Assembly: GCA_963796275.1 (NCBI GenBank)
Contig: CAWCKY010000006.1
Location: 1,984,001 to 2,048,000, forward strand
Direction: 5' to 3'
DNA length: 64,000 nucleotides
Origin: an uncultured Acidobacteriota bacterium
GTDB lineage: Bacteria > Acidobacteriota > Blastocatellia > RBC074
Shown: piece by piece, positions 1 through 11,016 of the stretch
How positions within the stretch are numbered: position 1 is the first letter of the stretch
Layout of the letters: the number at the start of each line of letters is the position of its first letter
Translations under genes and position numbers: made by a program
Notes under the pieces: generated by a model
What the model was told of the DNA's origin: nothing
Seen by the model: the letters and a program-made list of their open reading frames with translations, nothing else
Database searches by the model: none

Positions 1-493
1 GCGAATTGTTAGTGTGAGATCGTCTCATAGGTAGTGCTCGCGCAAAATCTTCCTAGTGGATCGTGTAAGAATTGCCCGGAGGTATCCGATGGAGTTTGCG
101 CTCGGAAGGCGCGAAAGCGGCTGAAAGGCTCGATTTTACTGGGTGTTGGCGTTTTGTTCCGCCGTTGAAATCGGTGGCGCCAATTTTGCAATAGAAGGTG
201 TGGGGCAACGAGATACCAGTTGGTTAACTCTGTTGTACGGTGTCAGGCGGCAGCTGAGTTGGGAAGGCAGCCGCCAAATTTCAAGCGCTTGCGGTTATTC
301 TATGGCTGCAAGCGCTTTTTCTTTGGTATCGAGCTATTCAGATTGGGCTTGCCGTGGCCAGAGGTTCAGTTAGAATTCGAACAAGTTGAATTCGAGCAAA
401 CGATGGGACGTCCAAGAGGAACGCGTTTATCCTCTTGTCGATGATCCGGAGTTCCACTTGGTGAGAGCTGAATAGCAAAAACGTTGATTATTG

Positions 494-1543
494 ATGCGTG
501 CGCTTCTTTACGACAATTTTGGCGCCCTGCCGAGGGTCGCGAATGTTCCAGAGCCAGTCGTCCCGCGGGACGGTGTGGTAGTCCAGGTGAAAGCCGCAGG
601 CCTGTGCAGGAGTGACTGGCATGGGTGGCGGGGACATGACGCGGATATTAAGACTCTTCCTCATATTCCCGGCCATGAATTCGCCGGAGTGATCATGGCG
701 ATCGGTCCCGAGGTACGACGATGGAGTACAGGTGCGAGAGTTACTACTCCATTCGTGCTCGGTTGCGGAACCTGTATTTACTGTCGGGCGGGTGACCAGC
801 AGGTATGCGAAAAACAGTTTCAACCGGGGTTCACCGGACCCGGCTCGTTCGCCGAATACGTCGCCTTACCATACGCCGACGTCAACCTCGTGCGTCTTCC
901 CGACGAGATGGAATTCGTCAACGCCGCAATGCTCGGATGCCGCTTTGTCACGGCGTTTCGCGGCATCTCGAAGCAGGCGCGTCTGCGAGCCGGCGAGTGG
1001 GTCGCGGTGTTTGGCTGTGGCGGTGTCGGCCTTTCGGCGGTGATGATTGCGCGCGCCCTCGACGCGAATGTCATCGGTGTCGACATAGCGGATGAGAAGC
1101 TCGATCTCGCCCGCGAGGCAGGAGCCGAGTACACGTTTAATGCGGCCGGTATACATAATGTCCCGCAAGCCATCCACGAGCTCACGGATGGTGGCGTTCA
1201 CGTTTCCGTCGACGCGCTCGGTAGCGCAATTACCTGTCGCAATTCGATCCTCTCGCTCCGGCGGCGCGGCCGGCACGTACAGATCGGATTGCTTCTCGGA
1301 GATCAAACCGACCCTGCGCTCCCGATGGGAAAGGTGATTGCGCACGAACTGGAGATATTTGGCAGCCATGGTATGCAGGCACATGCCTATCCGGAGATAC
1401 TCGACCTGATCGACGCGGGGAAATTGCCGCTCGATAAATTGATTGGCCGGCGCATCTCCCTGGATGACGCAGGGGCTGCCCTCGCAGCTCTCACTTCTTC
1501 CAATGGCGGAGGTGTTACAGTGATCGATCGCTTCACCGTCTGA
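494..1543 (+). CDS. Zinc-dependent alcohol dehydrogenase (MDR family)
   Basis: GLCRSD, GHEFAG, structural Zn motif CGTCIYC...C, Rossmann GCGGVG. Confidence 0.92.
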   Translation: MRALLYDNFGALPRVANVPEPVVPRDGVVVQVKAAGLCRSDWHGWRGHDADIKTLPHIPGHEFAGVIMAIGPEVRRWSTGARVTTPFVLGCGTCIYCRAGDQQVCEKQFQPGFTGPGSFAEYVALPYADVNLVRLPDEMEFVNAAMLGCRFVTAFRGISKQARLRAGEWVAVFGCGGVGLSAVMIARALDANVIGVDIADEKLDLAREAGAEYTFNAAGIHNVPQAIHELTDGGVHVSVDALGSAITCRNSILSLRRRGRHVQIGLLLGDQTDPALPMGKVIAHELEIFGSHGMQAHAYPEILDLIDAGKLPLDKLIGRRISLDDAGAALAALTSSNGGGVTVIDRFTV

Positions 1544-1612
1544 TCGGCGGCATATCTTTCTTTATTTGGAACTGTTCCGACCGACCTGCCTACATATGGT
1601 CTCGGTTCCGCG

Positions 1613-1954
1613 TCATTCGCAAAACCCCGGCTCGGGCTCATCCTTCAAATCAGAAAGCAGCGCCTCCATGTGTTGCCGCGCCTTCCACGCTCCCGTGCGA
1701 TTGGCTACCTCGATGCCTTCCATCCACACGCGACGAGCTTCGGCATGCCCTTCCTGTTTGATCAGCGCGGCGCCGAGCAGTTGATATGCAGAAGTGTATT
1801 CGGGTTTGATGCGGATGACGTTGCGGAACGCCTCAATGGCCGCAGGCCAGTTCTCCATCTTCATGTATTCGTTCGCCAGCCCATACCATATCATTTCGTT
1901 GTCAGGCTGATCGTTCAGCATCGTTGTGAATGCGTCTATTCGCGATTGTGCCAT
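1613..1954 (-). CDS. Tetratricopeptide repeat protein
   Basis: 113 aa with TPR-like helices (WYGLANEY...AIEAF...P.Y..AY..LG). Confidence 0.8.
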   Translation of the reverse strand: MAQSRIDAFTTMLNDQPDNEMIWYGLANEYMKMENWPAAIEAFRNVIRIKPEYTSAYQLLGAALIKQEGHAEARRVWMEGIEVANRTGAWKARQHMEALLSDLKDEPEPGFCE

Positions 1955-2256
1955 TCCCTATCTCTCCGTAGATTCTTAAAATCTCCTGTAAGGGAAAAGA
2001 ATATCGTTATGAACGCTGGCGTCAAGCGCATTCCGTTCTGGTGTGGGAGCCACACCTGGGACACACCTTACAGACCTCGATCACGGCTCCCCTTTTCTTC
2101 ATTCTCCACTCACGCTTTAACCTGACTGATATTCGTCCCGAAGCTGCGCCGCTGGCGGGCGATGCGCCTGAGCTAGTTCTGGATTATGATATCGGAGCAG
2201 ACAGATTCATGTACCATTTCCCGAGAGTCAAGCGACGCGCTCGATGCGGAGATAAA

Positions 2257-2817
2257 ATGAAACTTATAATTCGCCCGCTAACGCCAGCCTTCTGGACTGC
2301 ATTCGAGGACCTTTTCAGAGACAGTGATGTATGCAATCGGTGTTGGTGTATGTACTGGAGGATCGGAGCTGCATTTCGAAAGAAGCCGGGTGAGACTAAC
2401 AAGGCGGCGTTTCAAGAGATTGTCAAGAACGGTCCCCCTCCGGGCCTGCTCGCCTTTGATTCAGATGCGGCGGTTGGCTGGTGTCAGCTCACTCCGCGCG
2501 ATCAGGTGCCTGAACTTGATCGAGCCTGGCGCCTCAAACGCGTGGATGACTTGCCGGTGTGGTCGATCTCCTGCTTCTATGTGCGAAAAGGTTATCGAAA
2601 GCGAGGCATCACATCCTTACTGATCGCCGCAGCTTTGAAGGCAGCGAAGAAAGCCGGGGCCCCCGCGCTCGAAGCTTATCCGCTCGATAGAAACCTGTCG
2701 CCCAGCTCGACATCCACGGGGTTAGTTTCGACGTTTGAGCGAGCCGGATTCAAGACGGTTGCCTGCCGTGTACCACCTCGCCCGATAATGCGGCACGATT
2801 TGAAGATCATTGACTGA
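2257..2817 (+). CDS. GNAT family N-acetyltransferase
   Basis: CWCMYWR, GWC, VWSISCFYV, RKRG acetyl-CoA motif, EAYP; start taken at the ATG after GGAG. Confidence 0.88.
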   Translation: MKLIIRPLTPAFWTAFEDLFRDSDVCNRCWCMYWRIGAAFRKKPGETNKAAFQEIVKNGPPPGLLAFDSDAAVGWCQLTPRDQVPELDRAWRLKRVDDLPVWSISCFYVRKGYRKRGITSLLIAAALKAAKKAGAPALEAYPLDRNLSPSSTSTGLVSTFERAGFKTVACRVPPRPIMRHDLKIID

Positions 2818-3151
2818 CTGGTCGTTCGGTTGAGCGGCAAAACCCGATCCGCGGTTCCACCGACTTTACCTCTGCTGCTAGAGGCCGGGAAAAAAGGTAT
2901 TACACCGTCAAGTAGCGTCTTGCATTTTCTTAATTGCGATTTGATCAGTAACGCGAATGACCGCTGCCCCGCTGCCCCGCCACGTAGGGAACAATCTGAT
3001 GATCATTGAAAGTCTCGGTAACCGAATCGCGGATGGTCGCGTCTGAAGGAGAGTAGCCAGGTTGTTTCCCGGAATCCAGGTGGCCAGGGAGTCCCGCCGG
3101 CACACCGGATTAGTTGTCATAGTTTCCAAACTTCCAATATAGAGAGAACCC

Positions 3152-4753
3152 ATGAAAAATATCTTTTTCCTCCTGCTATTGTCGCTGCCCATAGCGGCAC
3201 AACCACCACAGTCCCGGCAATCCCAGACACCACCGGCACAAACACAACAGCAAGCTCCCAGGCCACCAGCACAGCAGACCCAAGGCCGCCAACGTAACAC
3301 CGACGCGGCCATGCCGCAGAGTCTAAGTGGCGGGGCAGTCGCGGAGAATATCGATGAAACGCCGGCCATCACGCGTCACGAGATCAACATCAATGGCAAA
3401 ACGTTGAAGTACACAGCGACCGTCGCACAAATGCCGATCAAGGCTGCGACTGGAGAGACGGAGGCGCACATCTTCTATATGGCTTATACGCTGGACGGGG
3501 TTACCGATCCGGCCAGCAGGCCGCTGACATTTGCCTTTAACGGGGGGCCCGGCTCAGCTTCGATCTGGGTGCATATGGGAGCAATGGGACCGCGCAAGGC
3601 GAAGCTGCTGGACAACGGAGATATGCCGCCCCCGCCTTTCAAATTGGTGGACAACGAAAGCACATGGCTGGATCAGACCGACCTGGTCTTTATCGACCCG
3701 GTCGGCACCGGTTATAGCCGCGCGAAGACAGCGGATATCGCGCGCCGCTTCAACGGGGTTCAGGGCGATCTGCAATCAGTGGGCGAGTTCATTCGGATGT
3801 ACGTGCACCGCAACAATCGCTGGACATCGCCGCTCTGCATCGCGGGCGAAAGCTATGGCACATTCCGGGCCGCTGGCCTCGCCGGCTTTCTGATTGACCA
3901 GGGCATTGCGGTCAATGGCATCGTTTTGATCTCGACCGTCCTCAACTTCGCCACCATCCGCCCCGGACTGCAAAACAGTCTGGCGTACGCGCTTCACCTG
4001 CCCACCTACACAGCCGACGCCTGGTATCACAAGAAGCTGCCGGCGGATTTGCAGAAGGATTTAAAAGCCACGCTGAAGGAGGCGGAACAGTGGGCAATGA
4101 CCGGCTACATAGAAGCCCTCGATAAGGGCGACCTGCTCACACCAGGTGAACGCAAATCGGTGATCGAGAAGCTCGCGCGTTATACCGGTCTGGAGCCGCG
4201 CTACATAGACAATAGCGAGTTGCGATTTGACGTGGCCCATTTCACACGTGAGTTATTGCGCGACCGCCGGATGACTATCGGGCGGCTCGATGGTCGTCTC
4301 ACAGGCCCGTCGCCGCTGAACGCGGGCGAGACGGCGGAGTTCGATCCATCCGGGACGCTGCCGCGACCGCCTTATCAAGCCGCGTTCTTAAATTACATAC
4401 AAAATGAGCTGGGTTACAAAACCGATATGGTCTATAACGTATCGGGGGGAGTTATGCCCTGGGATTGGAACATCCAGAACGGTTATGCGGACACCAGCAA
4501 CCTGTTGCGCAATGCGTTCGCCAAAAATCCGCATATGAAGGTGCTCGTCTGCCAGGGCTACTATGACCTGGCGACGCCCTACTTCGCCGCTAAGTACACG
4601 ATGAACCACCTGGGCATTCATCCTGATATGCATAAGAACATCACCTGGGAGTTCTACCAGTCAGGCCACATGATGTATATAGATAAAGAATCGGCTATCA
4701 AGTTGAAACGGGACATCACCGAATTCATCAACAAGACCGTTCCACAGCCGTAG
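3152..4753 (+). CDS. Secreted serine carboxypeptidase (peptidase S10 family)
   Basis: Signal peptide, Q/P-rich linker, FNGGPGS, DPVGTGYS, GESYG, GHMMY. Confidence 0.93.
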   Translation: MKNIFFLLLLSLPIAAQPPQSRQSQTPPAQTQQQAPRPPAQQTQGRQRNTDAAMPQSLSGGAVAENIDETPAITRHEININGKTLKYTATVAQMPIKAATGETEAHIFYMAYTLDGVTDPASRPLTFAFNGGPGSASIWVHMGAMGPRKAKLLDNGDMPPPPFKLVDNESTWLDQTDLVFIDPVGTGYSRAKTADIARRFNGVQGDLQSVGEFIRMYVHRNNRWTSPLCIAGESYGTFRAAGLAGFLIDQGIAVNGIVLISTVLNFATIRPGLQNSLAYALHLPTYTADAWYHKKLPADLQKDLKATLKEAEQWAMTGYIEALDKGDLLTPGERKSVIEKLARYTGLEPRYIDNSELRFDVAHFTRELLRDRRMTIGRLDGRLTGPSPLNAGETAEFDPSGTLPRPPYQAAFLNYIQNELGYKTDMVYNVSGGVMPWDWNIQNGYADTSNLLRNAFAKNPHMKVLVCQGYYDLATPYFAAKYTMNHLGIHPDMHKNITWEFYQSGHMMYIDKESAIKLKRDITEFINKTVPQP

Positions 4754-4792
4754 AGTATCGCCCGTTTATGTCATACATCCGAAAAAAAGCTA

Positions 4793-5116
4793 ATGCAGGC
4801 TTGAAACGAGGTGACTCTTTACTGTTTCACGTACATTCAAGGAACAGGATACGATGGCTTTTGCGGAAATCAGTAGGCATCGGGAATGAATTTTCGGTTC
4901 AAGAAGCCGGTATATTTTGGTGACACAATAGAATGTTGTTTTACCGTCACTGAGATTGATGACCGTAATAGAGCCAAAGCTGAGGCGGTATTCAAAAACC
5001 AGCAAGATGAGGTTGTCATAGAGGTGCATTTAACTGGTGTTCTCCCGGACTTCTCAGAAAAGCGTGTCATGGAGGTCATGGTGGCGGAAGGATATCCGAC
5101 CAATAAATGTCGGTAA
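4793..5116 (+). pseudogene. MaoC/hotdog dehydratase remnant with internal deletion
   Basis: N-terminal GLKRGD..TVSRTF...AFAEISR is joined directly to C-terminal ASGMNFRFKKPVYFGDT; the central hydratase motif is absent. Confidence 0.65.
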
Positions 5117-5250
5117 AATCCGTCAAAAACGGATTTAGTAGAGTCCACTACCACATACTATCAAAGCGTGAAGATGGGCCGTTTTCTTCATTTTATGAAA
5201 ACGATCCCTGGGAAGACTTTGGTGGTGCTATTTTTGCAGGATTATCTTCA

Positions 5251-7429
5251 ATGAAAAAACTGATTCTGTTTTTCGTTTTTGTGACAGCACTCCCGCTCAG
5301 TTTTCATGCATCAGCGAGCGGGCAAAACTCTGATCTCCAGCGATGGGAGAGACAGGCCCGTAACATCACGATCACCCGTGACGATTGGGGGATTGCGCAT
5401 ATCGATGGCAACACGGATGCAGATGCGGTATTCGGCGCTATCTACGCCCAGGCCGAGGACGATTTTAACCGGATTGAGACGAACTACCTCAACTCGATGG
5501 GACGGCTCGCAGAGGCTGAAGGCGAGTCCGCGGTATGGCGAGATTTGCGCATGAAGCTTTTCATCAGATCCTGCTATATTGAAATCGCAGTACAAGGTGA
5601 GCCCCTTGTGGTTGAAGACGCTGATGAACGCCTGGGCGGACGGTCTAAATTTTTATCTGGCGAAACATCCCCAGGTAAAACCTAGGGTGATCAAGCGCTT
5701 CGAACCCTGGATGGCGCTCTCTTTCTCAGAAGGCAGCATCGGCGGCGACATCGAAACTATAAAGCTGGAATGGTTGCAGGCTTTCTACGGGAACATCCCG
5801 GTTGAAGTCAAAGGCAATGACGATAACGGACTTTTCGCTGACCCTGAGCCGAGCGGATCGAACGGCATTGCCATCTCGCCGTCGCATACGGTTGCGCGTC
5901 GCGCGCTGTTTCTGATCAACCCGCACACATCTTTCTTCTTTAGGTCAGAATTGCAGATGACGAGTCGTGAAGGGTTGAACGCCTACGGGGCGGTAACGTG
6001 GGGACAGTTCTTCATCTACCAGGGATTCAACGAGCGATGCGGTTGGATGCACACATCCAGTGCAGTTGATGCCATAGATATGTATCTCGAAACAGTTGTC
6101 AAGAAGGGCGATCGCTACTATTACGAGCATGGTAAGGAAGAACGGCCGGTCACTACATCGGTTATCAAGATACCGTACAAAACTGACAAGGGGATGGCCG
6201 AGAAAACATTCACCGTCTATCGCACCCATCACGGCCCGATCATCAATTCAAGTGAAGGCAAATGGATCAGTATTAGCCTGATGCAGGAGCCGGTTAAAGC
6301 GCTGACGCAGTCCTACCAGCGTACCAAGTCGAAGAATTATGCCGAGTTCAAGAAGACGATGGAACTGCACACCAACTCGTCGAATAACACGATATACGCG
6401 GATGCTGACGGAAACATCGCTTATTTCCATGGGAACTTTATTCCGAAGCGCGATCCCAAATTCGACTGGACCAGGCCGGTGGATGGGAGCGATCCGGCAA
6501 CCGACTGGCACGGCCTGCTGTCGGTCGACGAGACGCCGAAACTGCTGAATCCGGCGAGCGGCTGGCTTTACAATGCCAACGATTCGCCGTGGTCGGCGGC
6601 CGGTTCGAGCAGCCAGAAGAAAGCCGACTATCCGGTATATGTCGATTCAGGCGTAGAGTCTGCACGAGGGTTGCACGCAGTCAGAGTTCTGCAAGGGAAA
6701 AAAGATTTCACGCTCGACTCGTTGATTGCGGCGGCTTACGACAGCTATCTTCCATGGTTCGAAAAGCCGATCCCCGCATTGGTCAAGGCGTGGGACCGGG
6801 CGTCTGCTTCCGACCCTCTAAAGGCGAAAACGTCGGAACAAATCGCGCTGCTGCGCGCGTGGGACCTGCGGTGGTCGGTGACTTCGGTTCCAACATCTCT
6901 CGCTGTGTTCTGGGGAGACGACATTCAACGGAAAGTGAAACGTACGGGCTTGTCCGCCGCGGAATATATCGCAAACGAAGCCACGGCGGAACAGTTACTA
7001 GAGTCGCTATCAACAGCATCCGATAAACTCGCGGCCGACTTTGGAACGTGGAAGACGCCCTGGGGGGATATCAATCGCTTTCAGCGTCTTACCGACGACA
7101 TCGTTCATCCGTTCACCGACGACAGCCCCAGCATTTCGGTGGGCTTTACGTCCGCGATATGGGGATCATTGGCTTCGTTCGGCGCCCGGCCTTACAAGGG
7201 ATCGAAGAAGATTTATGGCACCAGCGGCAACAGCTTTGTGGCCGTCGTCGAATTCGGTAAGACTGTGCGGGCAAAAGCAGTGACCGCAGGCGGACAGAGC
7301 GGTAATCCGTCGTCCCCTCACTTCAATGACCAGGCGAAACGGTACAGCACAGGTGATCTAAGGGATGTGTATTTCTACCGCTCGCAGCTTAAAGGCCATA
7401 CTGAGCGGGTATATCGCCCGGGCAACTAA
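5251..7429 (+). CDS. Penicillin acylase family Ntn-hydrolase, one frameshift near 5566
   Basis: Signal peptide, RDDWGIAHI, YAQAED, GSNG (catalytic Ser), NPH; two ORFs join at ttc atc [a] gat cct. Confidence 0.85.
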
Positions 7430-7640
7430 ATGATGATTACCGCACTCGATCGCTCTGGCAATGGTTAACTGAAGAGTGCAAATAATAGGTTACTGAATCG
7501 ACATTATCGGTCCTGAGCGCCAGCGGGGCGTCCTTTTCATATTATTATATAGAACTCGTTCTCCTAAATCTCGCTAGCTCCTATAAGGAGCGACAGATGA
7601 ATACCTATATCGAAAAAGCTCGCTGAATCAGTTCCCGGCA

Positions 7641-7781
7641 TCATTGGAGATTTTTGCTTTTGTCTTTTTGTTTCTTTATGGTTAGTCTCTTCATGGGGGT
7701 TTTAGGTAGAAATATCAATACGAATGAAACAATCAGGCCAATAAAAACGGAAATCAACACAACCAACTGCTGTCTACTCAT
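7641..7781 (-). CDS. Putative 46-aa single-pass membrane protein
   Basis: GGAGG 5 nt before the ATG; MSRQQLVVLISVFIGLIVSFVLIFLP followed by a Lys-rich tail; below the ORF-track cutoff. Confidence 0.35.
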   Translation of the reverse strand: MSRQQLVVLISVFIGLIVSFVLIFLPKTPMKRLTIKKQKDKSKNLQ

Positions 7782-7893
7782 ACTAACCTCCATTTCATAC
7801 TTACCATCATCAACTGTATTTGGCGCATGCAGGCGACGGATTATATGCTGGGAAACAACGATTTTTCATCGTATGCCGCGCTGCGTTTGCACG

Positions 7894-8076
7894 CTACTCA
7901 TTGGATCCGGAACGGAATGACGCCACCTTGTTCGATAAAGTCATAAACAGTATTGTGATAGGCAAGCTGTAACCTCCCCGCTTGATTGGCTCGCCGATCG
8001 AGTTCAATGTGGCGGCTAGCCGCTTAAAATCATCGATCGTTTTGTATTGAGGCGCCGCGGTGCTGCAAGGACACAA
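7894..8076 (-). pseudogene. Internal fragment of a sugar-phosphate isomerase/epimerase (TIM barrel)
   Basis: TIDDFKRLAATLNSIGE..K..G resembles the helix preceding the YHNH motif; frameshifted and truncated. Confidence 0.45.
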
Positions 8077-8103
8077 TAACCCTGTGAGTCTATGTGAGTC
8101 TAA

Positions 8104-9000
8104 ATGATTGTATTTAGTGAAGCATCACTTGAAAGGCCAACATCCCCGAGCGCTCAGGATAATGTTGACATGACCGATGCCGCCAGGCTTGCCGGTTGCA
8201 GCGTCTATTATATCCCTAAAGATTTTTCTGTCTGTGAAACTGCTGAGAACGCACTCTGGCATATACCTGAACAGCCCTCCGAGGCCATTGCCATCTGGAT
8301 AGGCTTTATCCCTGCCTTAGACCGATATACTGCGATATATGATGAGGCTCTCCGAAAGAAGATACGATTGATTAATTCACCCGAGCAACATCGCACGGCT
8401 CAGGAGTTTGATCTTGCTTATCCATTGCTGCAGGGATTGACGCCTGAGAGCGTCGTTCTAACCAGTCCCGATGAGACTATGAATGCAGTCGAGCTCCTTG
8501 GTTTGCCGTTGTTCGTCAGGGGAGCCGTTCGCTCCAGAAAGGCCGCCGGGTGGAATGCATGCGTTGCAACTACATCCGAGGAGCTGAATCAACTTGTGCG
8601 CCAGTTTTTCGAGCTCGAGTATCGATCCAGAGGACGCGTGATAGCGCGCAAGCTAGTAAAACTGAGACACAACCGTTATTCGGAGGAGGGATTCCCTCTG
8701 GGACGAGAATACAGGGTGTTCGTTTTTTGTGGAGAAGTAGCTGCTCTGGGATATTACTGGGAAGGCCGAGATTCTTTAGAAGAGCTGTTACCTGAAGAAG
8801 AGGAGCAAGTTTTGAATCTGGCCAGAAAGGGAGCAGAACTGCTCGGAGCTCCTTTTCTAGCAATCGATATCGGCCAGTTAGAGAGCGGGGAATGGATAAT
8901 AATAGAGGCGAACGATGGGCAGTTTGCAGGAACGGGAAATATTCCGGTACTGCCCCTCTGGAATGCATTGATGCGCATTCAGCAAAAACAGGCTGATTGA
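8104..9000 (+). CDS. ATP-grasp domain protein (R2K/DUF4343-like)
   Basis: PLFVRG..RSRK, REYRVF, AIDIG...WIIIEANDGQ. Confidence 0.75.
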   Translation: MIVFSEASLERPTSPSAQDNVDMTDAARLAGCSVYYIPKDFSVCETAENALWHIPEQPSEAIAIWIGFIPALDRYTAIYDEALRKKIRLINSPEQHRTAQEFDLAYPLLQGLTPESVVLTSPDETMNAVELLGLPLFVRGAVRSRKAAGWNACVATTSEELNQLVRQFFELEYRSRGRVIARKLVKLRHNRYSEEGFPLGREYRVFVFCGEVAALGYYWEGRDSLEELLPEEEEQVLNLARKGAELLGAPFLAIDIGQLESGEWIIIEANDGQFAGTGNIPVLPLWNALMRIQQKQAD

Positions 9001-9121
9001 AGAGGAGCTCATCTAAAAAAATGAGCGGATAAACGAGAGATACTACTGCTATCCGAAGCCTCAGTAGTATATCCTTCGGTCCCGGGATATCTCACACTTA
9101 TCGCCGGGCGTGCTTCGATCT

Positions 9122-9676
9122 ATGTCGATTCAATTGCATTTTCATCCTGTTACGCGAGAGCGATTATCAGACATTGCCCGGTTCTCCGAAGGGCACGGCA
9201 AGTTCCGCTACTGTTCCTGTATGCGATGGCGGCTTTCGAGTTCTCAGTTCAAATGTTCGACGAAGGACAGTCGCGTTGCGGCGCTGGAGCGTCTCGTCGA
9301 CGATGGCACGCCGGTTGGCGTGTTGGCCTACGCCGAAGGCGAGCCGGTCGGGTGGTGTTCGATTGCGCCGCGCGAGACATATGGGGCATTGGATCGGTAC
9401 AAGGCGCTGCCGCGCATCGATAGCGCGCCAGTTTGGTCGGTAGTCTGTTTTTTCATTGATCGCCGGATCCGACGAAAAGGAACGACCCTCGGACTGTTGC
9501 GAGCGGCGGTCGAGTACGCTCGTTCGAACGGCGCGACGATCGTCGAAGGGTATCCGATCGAGGCCGGGCAAAGGTTGTACACATATATGGGTTCGCCGTC
9601 GACGTATCGTGCGGCCGGCTTCCGCGATGTCACGCCGACGGGGCAAGCCAGGAAGGTGATGCGATATTACGTTTAG
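9122..9676 (+). CDS. GNAT family N-acetyltransferase
   Basis: CSCMRWR, GWCSIAPR, VWSVVCFFI, RRKG, EGYP. Confidence 0.88.
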   Translation: MSIQLHFHPVTRERLSDIARFSEGHGKFRYCSCMRWRLSSSQFKCSTKDSRVAALERLVDDGTPVGVLAYAEGEPVGWCSIAPRETYGALDRYKALPRIDSAPVWSVVCFFIDRRIRRKGTTLGLLRAAVEYARSNGATIVEGYPIEAGQRLYTYMGSPSTYRAAGFRDVTPTGQARKVMRYYV

Positions 9677-10013
9677 GGCTTAAACGTATACATTCGAGGA
9701 AGCATTCCCGGTTGCAAACAACCGCAATCCAAATTGCTCCGCAATCCTCAACTTGAATATTATTGACATTCAGTATGGGCGATTAGCGCCCATGCCGAAT
9801 TACCCCGACGATGGATGCCGGTGCTGGCGTTGAAACGCCGGCCTAAACTCAAAGCTAATAAGCTATAACCAACGCGAAAAAAATTTTACCAGTCGTCGTC
9901 AATGGACGGTTTCTCTCGAATTATGCACTACAGAATATGTTGGCTGATATCGGGGGAAGTATAAATAAAACACTAACACGGCAGAGCCTGCAATAAGGGA
10001 AAGAAGGTTAACT

Positions 10014-10697
10014 ATGTACATTCCAGACCCAGACGTAATTTATAGTCCCAGTGAGCATGTAAGGAATTTGGTGGCATTTGGCGAGCTTCCGGTGAGGGTG
10101 AACAATACGCTCAGAGCGATGTCTCTCGACCCATCCGTGACGGATATCCGAATGTCACTTAAAGAAGTATATATTAAGGATACGCGAGACCCCGGTAAAG
10201 GTGACATCTATCTGGTCACGGTGGTGACGGACAATCTCTCACCAGAACCATTTACGATTACGATTAAGACCTTCGAGGACATCCACGACGAAGAAGGCTT
10301 ACAAATTGGCCCAGGCGGCCTGGCAATTTACCGCAATGAAGGCGGCAAGGTACCTCGGTTTCTGGATTATAGGATAATGGTAGTCGAATCGGACCAGGAG
10401 ATTCGCCAGGCGGCAGATGTGATAGAGCAAATTACAGCCGACGATCAATACAAGTCGTTTCGTGACAGCCTGGTTGCAATAGCCGGTGTTTCACAGCCAG
10501 CAACCGCCCTGATAACCGTGGCGGCGGACTTTGTAATGGGCCTGGTTGCCAAGGTGTTGAGGATGAACCGCGACGATCAGATTATTTATATCGCCGGTTC
10601 CTTCGATGATAAATTCGATGATCTGGGTGTGAAGTATGGCCCGGTGGCTCATAAAAACCTATATGGAAAAGTCATCTATCAAGTAGAAGCGGTATAG
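10014..10697 (+). CDS. Hypothetical protein
   Basis: 227-aa ORF with a purine-rich RBS (gaaggt); no family recognised. Confidence 0.75.
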   Translation: MYIPDPDVIYSPSEHVRNLVAFGELPVRVNNTLRAMSLDPSVTDIRMSLKEVYIKDTRDPGKGDIYLVTVVTDNLSPEPFTITIKTFEDIHDEEGLQIGPGGLAIYRNEGGKVPRFLDYRIMVVESDQEIRQAADVIEQITADDQYKSFRDSLVAIAGVSQPATALITVAADFVMGLVAKVLRMNRDDQIIYIAGSFDDKFDDLGVKYGPVAHKNLYGKVIYQVEAV

Positions 10698-10782
10698 GCC
10701 AACTTCGAGATGTGCATCGTTAGTGAACGCGGGAGGCAATTCCCGAAGCCACAGGGTGATTAAGCTCCCCTGTGCACCAATA

Positions 10783-10912
10783 AAAGCCCATTCACCGGCG
10801 AAGCGTAGATAGGCGTAGATAACAGTGCTATCGCTGAGGGAGCACCGAGGCTTTCGGTAAAACTCTCCGGGCCCCCTCTGCGTCTGCTGCTCCTCGCCGG
10901 TGAATGGGCTTT
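10783..10912. repeat. REP-like element with a perfect 19-bp inverted repeat
   Basis: aaagcccattcaccggcga (10783-10801) / tcgccggtgaatgggcttt (10894-10912). Confidence 0.75.
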
Positions 10913-11016
10913 CTTATATCGAACAATTAAGGCAAACTATTGGACTTAGTTCGCTTTAACTTATAAAGCTTCAGCTTCAGTTAAGCCATCGAAATGGTCA
11001 TCGGAGTTTCCAATCA

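Noticed and set aside
140-325. tRNA or 5S rRNA suggested by hairpins ending gccgcca followed by a terminator-like stem
   Set aside because: No T-loop GTTCRA, cloverleaf or 5S consensus is present; only generic hairpins.
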